DNA from: Azolla caroliniana
Taxonomy: Eukaryota; Plantae; Polypodiophyta
Direction of reading: 5' to 3'
Length of the DNA: 64,000 bases
Assembly: GCA_043228905.1 (NCBI GenBank)
Contig: JBHGNT010000010.1
Location: forward strand, 8,308,001 to 8,372,000
Positions within the stretch are counted from its first letter, which is position 1; every line of letters begins with the position of its first letter. Of this stretch, positions 11,690-23,256 are shown piece after piece. Made by a program: the position numbers and the translations under genes. The notes beneath the pieces were generated by a model. The model did no database searches, was not told where the DNA came from, and was given only the letters and a program-made list of their open reading frames with translations.

Positions 11690-11701
11690 TTGAACCGATT
11701 T
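11690..11701 (+). promoter_or_regulatory. Self-priming PBS (complementary to 11424-11435 in own LTR)
   Basis: TTGAACCGATTT is exact reverse complement of AAATCGGTTCAA ~30 nt downstream of the TATA box; no TGG tRNA-type PBS. Confidence 0.85.
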
Positions 11702-11765
11702 TGCTGTCTGGTCTTTTCTCTCCCTCCTTTCCTACTAGTCTCTTATTTCCCTTTTCCTTCATCCC

Positions 11766-12935
11766 ATGGCCACCGTTAGCGCTGAAGAGTATCAATCCGT
11801 TTTCTCGGAATTTCAATGCTTGAAAGAGAAGTTTCATGCTTTGGAACAAGAAAATCAACGCTTGTTGGGGGATCTTCAGCAAATTTCCTTAGAAAAGCAG
11901 CAAACGCAACAACAGCATGGGGAACTTGCGTTACGCGTGCAACAACTCGAAGCAACCATCGTAGCAATGCAACAACAAGGGCACGGAGCACAAGGGATTC
12001 ATAAAGAACCCAAGATTGGCCTTCCCACGAAGTTCGATGGAACGCGATCGCAGTTTAGAGGGTTTCTTAACCAGGTACGGTTAGTTATTCAAATGCATCC
12101 GTCCCGATATCCCACCGATGCATCACGAGTGGGTTTAGTAGGCACGTTGTTAAATGGCTCAGCATTAGCATGGTTCGCTCCGCTACTAGAAAAGGAATCT
12201 CCAGTACTAAATAATTTTGAAGAATTCATAAGTGAGTTTAAAGCATGTTTTGGAGATACTGACAGCATAAGGACTGCAATCAACAAAATCCGGCGATTAC
12301 GCCAAGGTGACCGTCCAGCCTCCGCATATGCTGCAGATTTCCGCCTACTCGCCGCCGATATCCCCTGGGATGATCAAGCATTGATGGAGCAGTTCCGCTA
12401 TGGTCTACGCAACGATGTCAAGGATTTACTCTTGACTTTCCCTGAAGAGCCAAAATCATTAACAGAAGCAATCAGTCGAGCGGTCAGATGTGACAACCGC
12501 CTCTTCGAGCGACGTTCGGAACGACAATTTCAGATGCCGAGGGCAAGATCCGAGCCTACCTATGCCTCAGTGGTAGCAAAACCTTTTCAAAGGGAGTCAC
12601 ATAATGCGCCTCCAGTAAGTACTCCAACTCCAATGGAAATTGACACTACACGTCGTCGTGGGCCGCTATCGGAGGAGGAAAAGCAACGACGCCGAACAAA
12701 CCGATTATGCCTTTATTGCGGTGGACCAGGGCATATCGCGATAAACTGTCCCCATAGACCAAGAAGGCAGGTAAACCAAGTCGTTGTTAGTTCTGACTAT
12801 ACTAAACCCGAGTCTATTTCAGTAGGAATCTCTGATAGTCCTCATAGTCATAATAGTCCTAATAGTACTAATAATCCGAATCTCGCAAACAAATTTGATG
12901 TCCTTAGCCAATTAGAAGAAGAGTTAAACGACTAA
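11766..12935 (+). CDS. gag: Gag (coiled coil, sushi/PEG10-like capsid, CCHC knuckle), intact 389 aa
   Basis: PTKFDGTRSQFRGFLNQ..., CLYCGGPGHIAINC. Confidence 0.95.
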   Translation: MATVSAEEYQSVFSEFQCLKEKFHALEQENQRLLGDLQQISLEKQQTQQQHGELALRVQQLEATIVAMQQQGHGAQGIHKEPKIGLPTKFDGTRSQFRGFLNQVRLVIQMHPSRYPTDASRVGLVGTLLNGSALAWFAPLLEKESPVLNNFEEFISEFKACFGDTDSIRTAINKIRRLRQGDRPASAYAADFRLLAADIPWDDQALMEQFRYGLRNDVKDLLLTFPEEPKSLTEAISRAVRCDNRLFERRSERQFQMPRARSEPTYASVVAKPFQRESHNAPPVSTPTPMEIDTTRRRGPLSEEEKQRRRTNRLCLYCGGPGHIAINCPHRPRRQVNQVVVSSDYTKPESISVGISDSPHSHNSPNSTNNPNLANKFDVLSQLEEELND

Positions 12936-15900
12936 GTCCAGCCAAAATAGGAGCCGTTTGGTTGGACAGCCCTAGATCTGTGCAGCCCATTAGTGGTTCC
13001 ATTCCCTCTAAGCAAGTTAGTGATGTGTTCGTAGCCCAAGTAGCAGTTAGTACTAAAAGTACCCCTCCAGTACATACCTTAGCCCTTCTAGATTCCGGAG
13101 CTAATTCTTGCTTCATGGATAGGAATTTTGCCCGAGCTCATCAGATATCTCTCAAAAAGCTCCCATGTCCAGCCTCAGTAGTAGTCATTTGATGGTCGTC
13201 CCATTGCTTCTGGTAATATCATAGAAGAGTCGGAACCCGTTAATATTGTCCTAGATAACTTAACATGTGTAGTATCATTTAATATTATTAGTATTCCAGA
13301 ACACCCCATAGTTTTAGGATTACCATGGTTCGAGTTACATAACCCAGACATAGATTGGAGGACAAGGGAAATCCGGTTGCAACAAACCCAAGGACCTACC
13401 CAGAAGGTTGCAACCATTTCGCTACGTCAGTTGCGTGAGGAAGGGCGCAAGGAGGAAATGTTTCTCTTCGCAATATCAGTACAACCCTCCAGCACCACCA
13501 AAGAGGAGTCCACCGTTCAACTTCCCGAGAAGTATCGTCAGTATGCTGATGTGTTCGATAAAGTACAAGCCAACACACTTCCTCATCATCGGCCGTACGA
13601 TTGCGCCATCGACTTACAACCGGGAAAAGAGCCGCCATGGGGGCCGATCTACAATTTGTCACCAACCGAGCTAGAAGTCCTTCGAGCCTATATAGAGGAG
13701 AATTTGGAGAACGGTTTCATTCGGCATTCGAAATCTCCAGCCGGCGCACCCATTTTCTTCGTCAAGAAAAAAGATGGCTCGCTTCGACTCGTTGTAGATT
13801 ACCGTGGCTTGAATAAAGTCACAGTAAGAAATAGGTATGCTCTTCCCCTTATCTCAAGTCTTTTAGAACGGATCAACGGTGCCAGGTTCTTCACGAAGAT
13901 CGACTTACGAGGAGCCTATAACCTCGTACGGATCCGACCAGGAGATGAATGGAAGACCGCGTTTCGCACCAGATATGGGCACTTCGAGTATACGGTCATG
14001 CCGTTCGGATTCACTAATGCGCCGGCAGTCTTCCAGCACATGGCGAATGATATATTTCGAGATCTCTTGGATGATTTTTTGATCATCTATTTGGATGATC
14101 TACTGGTTTATTCAAAGACCCAAGAAGAACATGATTCTCATGTACTATTAGTACTAAAACGACTTCGAGAACATGGTCTGTATGCAAAGTTAGAGAAATG
14201 TAGTTTCGGGTGCAACCAAGTGGAATTTCTCGGCTATGTCATCTCCTCAGAAGGCATATCTATGGACCCAGCCAAGGTCAAAACGGTGATAGAATGGCAC
14301 ACTCCGCATTCGGTGCGGGATGTGCAATGCTTCCTAGGCTTTGCAAATTTTTACCGGAAGTTCATACAAAATTACTCAAAAATTGTGCTGCCTCTCACAC
14401 AGCTCACCAGGAAGGGACAATCATTCATTTGGTCTAAAGAGACGGACATGGCTTTCGAGAGTCTTAAGAAGGCGTTTACATCAGCTCCAATTTTAGGTCA
14501 TGTGGATCCGGAAAAACCATTCATTATCGAAGCTGACGCATCGGATTTCGCATTGGGGAGCATTCTGTCACAACAGGGTAACGACGAGAAGCTACATCCT
14601 GTGGCTTTCCACTCCCGTAAGTTTGACGCCGCCGAAATCAACTACGAAATTCATGATAAAGAGCTATTAGCAATAGTTGATTCTTTTATGCAATGGAGGC
14701 ATTTCCTGGAGGGATCTCCTCATCAGGTCACTGTATTCAGTGACCACAAGAACCTTGCCTACTTTCAAGATGCTCGTGTACTGAATCGACGTCAAGCTCG
14801 GTGGGCCCACTTCCTCACACGCTTCGACTTCAAAATTACATATCGTCCGGGGAAGCACCAAGGGAAGGCAGATGCATTATCACGGCGTTCGTATCTAACA
14901 CCACGTCCCGGTGAGCCAGCTTTCGATAACCAGAAGCAAGTAATCTTGGGTCCAGCACGACTGCAAGCAGCACAGGTCTTTGACATACCCGTGGATTCCG
15001 ACATTACCAATACTATACGTGAGGACTTGAAGACTGACGCTTTCGCCCAAGCTATACTAGCACAAATTGACCCCTCTCGAGCGTCATGTTCACAATCACA
15101 ATCACCAGGTACGGATTATCGGCAATTCAAATACTGTGATGGATTACTCTTCTTTAAAGAACTTTTGTATGTTCCTAATGGTTCTTGCCGCCTTCGAGTA
15201 GTACAAAATTGCCATGACACATATACAGCAGGACATTTTGGTAGTACTAAAACATTAGATTTAGTACAACGATCATTCTGGTGGCCCCGTATGCGACAAT
15301 TTGTCGAAGATTTTGTTCGGACTTGCGATACATGCTGCAGAGCGAAAATGCCAAGACATCATCCATATGGTTTATTAGAACCATTACCAATTCCAAGCAA
15401 GCCATGGCAATCCATTGCTCTTGACTTCATTACAGATCTTCCAGTCTCTAAGGGATTCAGTGCGATTCTCACAGTGGTGGATCGATATACGAAGATGGCT
15501 CATTTCTTACCATGTACTAAAGAAATATCTAGTGAAGACACCGCCGAAATTGTCATGCGGGAAGTATGTCGGCATCATGGACTCCCTGATAATATCATCA
15601 GCGATCGTGGACCTCAGTTTGTGTCAAAATTCTGGAAGCACCTTTTTAAAATGCTGAAGGTCACTTGTAACCTCTCCTCCGGCTACCACCCACAAACCGA
15701 CGGTCAAGCCGAACGAACAAATCAAACACTGGAGCAGTATCTGCGGTGCTTTCTCAACTATCATCAGAATGACTGGGCAGATATTCTTCAGTTCGCCGAA
15801 TTTGCCTATAATAACGCTATCCACGCATCGACTAAAGTCACGCCATTCTACGCTTATACGGGATATCATCCCCGGTGGTGTGTCCTTGAAACCCCAGAAG

Positions 15901-16520
15901 TGTCCACAAATCCTTGCGCGGAGGATCGTTTGGAGCGGTTACGCAAGATACAAACGGATTTATCTACTCAACTCCAGCAAGCTCAACAATCACACAAGGA
16001 CTACGCAGATCGTCATCGACTTCCATCCAGTTTTAACATTGGAGATCGGGTGTGGCTGCTACGACGACACATCAAGACTACTCGCCCATGTGAGAAGTTG
16101 GATTATCGGCGATTAGGTCCTTTCCGTATTATCGGGAAGATTAATGATGTCGCTTTTCGTCTCGAGCTACCTCCGCAACTTCGGATACATCCGGTGTTTC
16201 ATAGTTCTCTCCTCGAACCCTATCACGAGAGCACTATCCCAGGACGTACTATACAACCACCACCTCCTATCGAGCTCGAAGATGGACCTGAATATGAGGT
16301 CGCTGCCATCCTCGATTCCAAGATTGTTCGCAACAAGCTCTACTATCTAGTCGATTGGCTAGGATATAGTCCCAGCGAGCGTACTTGGGAACCGATCGAG
16401 AATGTGACCAATGCTCGTGCTCTTCTAGAAGACTTCCATCGACGATATCCCGAGAAACCGGGTCCTCAATCCAAAACGACTCGTGGAACTCGTCGTTTTA
16501 AAGGGGGGATAGTGTCATAA
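12923..16520 (+). CDS. pol: Pol (PR-RT-RNase H-INT-chromodomain), entered by -1 frameshift; one extra T at 13188-13190
   Basis: ALLDSGA, YLDD, EADASD, HHCC zinc finger, SDRGPQF, GPF, chromodomain EYEVAAILDS...YLVDWLGY...TWEP; continuous ORF 13191-16520. Confidence 0.93.
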
Positions 16521-16798
16521 CTAGACTCGAACCCATAACCTTTTGTTACACGGGTCGAGACTTTACCATTAGGTTATGAATTGTAATTTGAAGGATATTA
16601 TTTTCATTTAGGTTTTATTGGGAAATTGATGTATATTCCAGATTTCTCTGGAACATTCTAGAAACTTCAGGAGTATTCCTGAAGACACTATAAAAGGAGG
16701 CGCAAGGCATTAGTTCGAACCAAATCGGTTCAACGCCAGTCTTAAGCCTTCTAACTACTGTTGTATATCTTCCTTCATATAATACATATATCTTTCGC

Positions 16799-16874
<76 letters not shown>

Positions 16875-17009
16875 TTACTCATTCCTTCTCTCAAAGTTCG
16901 ACACCTCTCATAGTACTAATCCTTCTCTGTCTTAGTACTATTCCCCAACAATAGTACTAATCCTTCTTTTAGTACTAATTCCTTCTCTGCCTTAATAGAG
17001 TTCCTGACA
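16513..17009 (+). repeat. 3' LTR of chromovirus
   Basis: Identical to 11215-11687 but (TC)34; preceded by PPT AAAGGGGGGATAG. Confidence 0.97.
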
Positions 17010-19043
17010 GCCGCGATGGAGGAAGAGATGCACGCCTTAACGCAGAACAAGACATGGGACCTCGTTGACGCACCGAAGGGTATAAAGCTGATTGGATGTA
17101 GATGGGTGTATAAAGTGAAATACAACACCGATGGCTCTATGAATTGCTACAAGGCCCGTTTAGTAGTTAAAGGCTACGCGCAGAAGCACGACGTGGACTA
17201 TGACAAGACCTTCGTGCCTATTGCGAAGATGACTACCGTGCGAGTCCTACTAGTTGTAGCAGCGACAAAGGGGTGGCACCTACATCAGCTGGATGTAAAG
17301 AACGCGTTCTTGCAAGGTGATCTTGAGGAGCAGGTGTACATGATACAACCCCCCGGATTTCTATCCGAACAAAACACCTCGGTAGTTTGCCAATTGAAGA
17401 AGTCCTTATACAGAGTAAAGCAAGCCCCGTGAGCTTGGAACGCAAAGATTATGCAACAATTGCGTAGGATGGGGTTTGCACCATCGAAATCAGACTCTTC
17501 TCTATTTGTTTGGCAAGGTCAATATGGACCGGTCAGCCTACTCTTGTACGTTGATGATTTAGTCATCGCCGGTGCGGACCTTAACGAAATCCGCCGCGTG
17601 AAGTCTCAGCTTGTGGCATCATTTGAAATGAAGGATCTTGGAGACCTTCATTACTTCCTCGGGATTGAAGTGATCCGTACACTCGAAGGCATATTGATCA
17701 ACCAACGTCATTACGCGCTGAATATGCTCTTCAAGTTCAGGATGGAAAATTGTAACCCCATCTTGACCACTCTGGAGAGAAACTTAAAGCTTCACGAAGA
17801 TTCGGGGAAGGCGTGCGACCTGACAAGGTTCCGATAGATTGTCGGAAGCCTTATCTATCTGACGATTACTCGGTAGGATCTTAGTTATCCAGTCCGCCTA
17901 ATCAGTCAATTCATGTCGCAGCCTACGACCGACCACTTTAAATGCGTGCAACGGATACTCCGTTATGTCAGCGGCACGAAAGACATGGCGTTGTTTTATC
18001 GGGCAAGCATAGTCGAACACTTAGTTGGCTACACGGATGCCAATTGTGCCGGAAATGCCAGCGATCTTAGATCCACATCCGGATACGCATTCTCTCTAGG
18101 AAGTGCGGCGATTGCGTGGAGTAGTAAGAAGCAGCCAATAATAGCACTGTCGAGCACAGAGGCCGAGTATTGAGGGGAGACTGTCGTTGCATGCGAAGTC
18201 ATTTGGTTGAAACGGCTATTACGGGATCTGCGTGTGGAGGTATCTGATCCGATGAAGATCTATTGCGACAACGTCAGCAGTATCCACCTTGCGAAAAACC
18301 TCGTGTTCCACACCCAGACCAAGCCCATTGAGGTGCATTACCATTTTGTTCGCGAGCGGGTCCTTTCAGGTGAAGTCGACCTAGAGTATGTTCTGACGGC
18401 TCGGCAGATTGCCGACATCTTCACCAAGCCGCTTGGTCTCGACAAGTTACGACATTTCTCGGGTGAGCTAGGGTTGCGTCACCTCGACACACCGAACTTG
18501 AGGGAGAGAAAGGAAGAACAGGAACAAGGGCGTGAAAGGACCAGGGGTGTTCATCACGACGGAAGTGACCATGATGAGGAATTGGATAAAGAATTCGATT
18601 TCGGACCGGCTAAAGAAGCCAAAGAAGAGAGCAAGGGCCGTAATCGTAGGAAAGAGTCGAAGACAACCGAATTAGGGGGAGATAAGGCCAAGACGAAGAC
18701 GTGGTCAGAAGTAGTCAAAGGACTAAAGACAGGAGACGAATTGGAGACAACCAATTCGGATGAGAGCAGAATTGAATCGGAAGTGTTCGATTCAATTGGA
18801 ATGTTTGATTTGGATATGCCGAATCAACTGAAGGCCATGCGGAGAAAAGGGCAGCGAAGGACGCACCGACACCGTGACAACAAGGGAGCTGAGAAGGGCC
18901 AAACAAGTAGACAAGCCGACTGGAAGGGTCGAAGTGCGTGGAATCGAACGGGTCGAGAAGCGCGAGCGAGGCGTGAAGCCAGAAGGAACCGGAGCGTACA
19001 TCCGGAAGAGCGGACGGAACCTCAAGTTGAGCTTGAGGGGGAG

Positions 19044-19476
19044 TGTTGAGTGACAAGCTCAACGTTGGGTGCGTAACACTGTGCGTGACCCAGTGCGTAG
19101 ACTGGGTGCGTAAAACAGTACACATAATATAAGCTGTAGCGGTGCGTAAACCATGAGGCCGTTAGAAAGATATTCCTCGAAAGGAATAATTTTGGGAGTG
19201 AGTGAAGCGGCTCATTTATGAGTGTCAAGTACTGTCAGTACTTGTGTCAGCCCGATTGTCAGGGCTTGTATGAAAGGTGCTCACTGAGCACGGTGTATGT
19301 AAACAGAGAGTCATTATTTTGAATTTGAGTTTTTTTGTTGTCTGCTCTCTCTCTCTCTCTCTCTCTCCCTCTCCCTCTCCATCTCTGCATTTTCTGTGTT
19401 TTACCGAACTCTCTTATTCCTCCGAACTGTGCACTCTATGTTTCGCATACGCTTCTGCACACACTATTCTTTTACA
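19044..19476 (+). repeat. 3' LTR of copia E
   Basis: Follows PPT CTTGAGGGGGAG; start TGTTGAGTGACAAGCTCAAC matches LTR starts at 23257, 26370(-) and 54555. Confidence 0.85.
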
Positions 19477-20227
19477 CCTTCCTCTGGTCAATTAAGCATC
19501 TAAGTGTGAAGATACGGTCGATAACGGAGAAGGCTTATCTTAAGCCAACCTACTAAGGTGCTTGAAGACTTAAGGTTTCGATATAATCGCTGAGCTTTGC
19601 TTCCATTACTGCACCATATAAATTAGCGAGTGTATGATCTATCATAATGGTCCTATTTGTATTTGGGTCCATTGGGTCCCCTCCTTTGTGTATAGGGACC
19701 ACTGTGTTCATGGTCCATAAAGGAGAAATAGAAAGGGAATATAAAGGAGATTAAATACAAAGTGGAGGGATAAGGAAAAATAAGAGAGGGAAATTACAAG
19801 GTGGCGATAATGATTCAAAGAAGAGAGCTTAGCCTCACAAATAGATTCTTGATAGCGTTGTTGTGATATGGCGTGTGCATAGGGAGGTCAAGTTTTGTCT
19901 AGGGATCAAAACTAAGTAATAACACTGAAATTAACCTAACAATAGTGTAAGATAGGTCAAATGGTATGATTTGTTCTCTAAAATGAAGAGGTCAATGGAT
20001 CAAATCTATTTAAGGGCAAAGGAAATAAAAGTCAAGCTATAATGCTCAAGCATCCATACATATCCATTCTCGGATAAGGATATTATAAGAAAAGGTAATG
20101 GTGTAGGGTAATAGAAGGAAACCTAATAAAGCCTGGTGGTTCTACAATAACGGTGTATATAAGAAAAAAGGAGATGTTATAAAAACTATAGAAGAGGACG
20201 ATCGGGGGTTGGAGGGACAGGGATGGT

Positions 20228-23200
20228 ATGGATGAGAGGAGCGACAACAGTAGAGGGGTCATCAAACAACGTTTGGAAGCATCGGAGGTTGCACAAACAA
20301 CAACACAAAACCCTCTTGCCGATAGGGGGACGCATATATGTGAAGATCGTAAGTCTAATCTTTATGATGATGATCTAGAACAGGGGATAGATGGGATGAA
20401 CAATCGGGCTGGTCGCTCAATGCAAGCTATGGGAGCCTTCGTTCTCTCCCCGGAAGAAGAATGCATCATGGAGAGTGAAATAATAAGACTTAGACAAGAA
20501 TCATTGCTGGTGAAAGTAGTGGGTAGTTGACCGAATCGAGTGATGTTGCGTGACTGGTTGCAAAGTTGCCTGCAAGAAAATCTTGGAAGAATAAAGGAAA
20601 TCACATTTATGTGAAAGGGGTCTTACCATGTCACGAATATATGCAAAAATTATCAAGAGAAGACCATTGACATGGCACAATGCAAGATCATATGTATTCA
20701 AATCGGATGTAGACTTTGACATATGTAAAGCAGATGCTTGTATAGGCAATCCAACAATTATAACGGGCTTTTTCCCTAGTTTACCTAAGGAACAAGAGTC
20801 CTTTCTCCCAGCCATTGGCAAAAGTACGGGAGGGCAAAGCCTGGAAAAAACATTAGCAGAGAGAATAAGTGAAACGCCGAGGATGAAATTAATTGTCTCT
20901 AATGTAAAGGCCCTACTGCAATCGATGTTGCTTACCAGCAAACTAATGCCCGACCATGTACAACCAGTGGAATATGCCGGACTCCTAGGGCAATGCTTTG
21001 TATGTAGACAGATGGGGCATATGGCCCAAGAATGCCCTAGAGGTAAGGAGACCATGCATCGTAGAAATGGGAAGCAAGGATGGAAAAGCCCAACAAGTCT
21101 GACACAACAGAACAATTTCAGAATAAACCATGTAGTTTGTATAACTAACAAAGGAAAACAAAAAATTATAGTCGGACAAGAATGGTTTCCACTTAGCAAA
21201 AAATATGAACTTTTAACCTTAGAAGACAATGAAAACGTAGCCAATCACAGGGAGGCAAGATCAAAGGCAAATTCCTAACAAAATCATTATTAGGAATCAA
21301 CTATGTGAGAGTTATTAATGATACGTAGAAATTGCTACAGGAAGACGACTTGTTAGTGGCTGAAACTGATCACATGCATTAGGATTGTATGGATGAGGTA
21401 AGAGAAATAAGTATTGGAAAGGTTGTAAGACCCTTGAAAGAGCAAGATAAGTCATTGGTGACAGCCCAACATATTAACGGGATAGAAAAAATAAAAAGGC
21501 ACATGTGTGCTCGAAAAGAGGAAGAGAATGGGATGGAGAAAAATAAAGGTATGAGTAAATGGCCAAGAGTGAAATGAAATCCTCAATACAAAGTGACCCC
21601 CCTATCAAATACTGGGCAACAGATCGAATTGATACTGACAAGCAGAAAGTGGTCCAGGGAAATGTGTGGGACTGAGATGAAGATGGACAACATGTGTAGA
21701 ATCAATATCTACGACAATTGTGATGATGAAGGTCAGATCATTGGACTCTCCTTTATGCTAGTCGATTGAAATATGGAGCCCTACAACAGAGAAGAAGCAC
21801 TCGGATGGTTGGAACAACAAATGGGTGCTCATGTAGACTCAACATATGGTACTGCAATAGGTGTGAAAATGAAAAGACAATGGAAAGATGCCATGATATG
21901 GACCTCGAGCAAGGCATATAAATGTGAAATTTAGGAAACTTCCTAGAATGATCACGGATTTCATGGTATACCACCTTCAAATGGTGACACTAGAAGAGGA
22001 TAATCTCCGAATCTTAGCTTGCTAATATGGAATATACAAGGAATTGGTGGCACCCAATTCCAGATGATGAAGAATGTATTAGCTACTGAAATTCAACGAT
22101 GCACTAAGGAAATGGTGCCTGATGTTATCATGGTGCAAGAGCACCATCTAGATGGGGATAAGCTCAACAAATTTGGAAACATTTGCCCTAGGAGTTGGAC
22201 CAATACATGGTCAGCAGCTACGAGGGATAGACAGATTCATGGGGGAGTACTTATAACAATAAAAGCTAAGTATAATGCAATGTACACAACCAAGGGGTGT
22301 TTAATAGAGGGTTGTGTTGTCTATATAAGGATAACACACATATATGGGCACTTGGGCATATTGAACATATATGCCCCAAATTCAACTACTGAAAGAAAGG
22401 AATTCTGGTTGCAACAAATGGACAAGAAACCGAATGCAGAGTTGTGGATCATTGGAGGAGATTTTAATATGGTGGAGCAACAAGAAGATAGAAGTGGAAA
22501 TGCAAATGACACGGTGCAAGGGGCGGAAAAGATGCATGGGATATGTTTTTTTTAGCATATAATGTGATAGACTGTTGGAATGCACTTAACTTTTAGATGC
22601 AAAAAGAAAAATCTCTTCTATACTCTAGAGTAGGAGGAACCGTGCATGGGAGGACAATGTCTAGGCTGGAAAGATGGTATTTGGACCCTCGGCTCATTGA
22701 TAGGAAAGGCAAATGCATAATTTTTCCTAGAACAATGTTCTCAGACCATGCACTAGTTCTGTTGCATATTAAAAAAAACAATCGATGCAAGCCACATAAT
22801 GTGAAGGTGAGCAAGGAATTGGTTATGGACAATAAATGGACTGATGATATAAGAAGAATATGTTCTAATGTCAAATGGATGTATCATGATCCCGCTCATA
22901 GGTTGGCTTGGGAAATTGAGGAATGTGCATGCTTCTTTCGGAAAAAAGCAACCGAAATTAGAGAAGAGATGAGGGAGAAACTATAAAGAATGCAATGGAC
23001 ACTCGCTTCTATGCAGTGACTAAGAGAACAATACCCAAATAATGTATGGATTGAGGCCCAACTAGATGAGTAAAAATGCAAACTGGATATGTATCAGAAA
23101 CTAAGCAAGTTGGATTAGGGTAGGAGACCATGTTACGAAAGGGTTTTTTGAAGTTGTCAAATGTAGAGACTCCGGGACTCAACCTTCATGTTTGAAAAAG

Positions 23201-23256
23201 AAAGATGGCACAATGACCACATGCAAGGAGGAAATGTTTGAAATGGCCACAAGCTA
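20228..23256 (+). mobile_element. Decayed L1-like LINE (ORF1 with CCHC knuckle; ORF2 APE endonuclease), truncated by copia insertion
   Basis: CFVCRQMGHMAQEC; WNIQG, VQEHHL, NIYAPN, GGDFN, SDHALV. Confidence 0.85.

Larger units (their letters stand above)
11215..17009 (+). mobile_element. Full-length Ty3/gypsy chromovirus, Tcn1/Tf1-sushi-like, very recent insertion
   Basis: LTRs 11215-11687 and 16513-17009 identical except (TC)n length; TSD GCCGC both sides; gag, PR-RT-RH-INT-chromodomain; PPT 16500-16512. Confidence 0.97.
7760..19476 (+). mobile_element. Ty1/copia copy E (second family), decayed, host of several nested insertions; 3' LTR 19044-19476
   Basis: gag MDRGMGSSLPTEKLDRSNYASW (7850), PR WYVDSEASNH, INT HSDVWG/SDGGKEY, RT LLYVDD (~17540), RNase H IADIFTKPL, PPT 19032-19043, LTR TGTTGAG...TTTACA. 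Confidence 0.92.

Noticed and set aside
12770-12776. G_GTA_AAC as gag-pol slippery site after the zinc knuckle
   Set aside because: The -1 frame hits TAG within five codons
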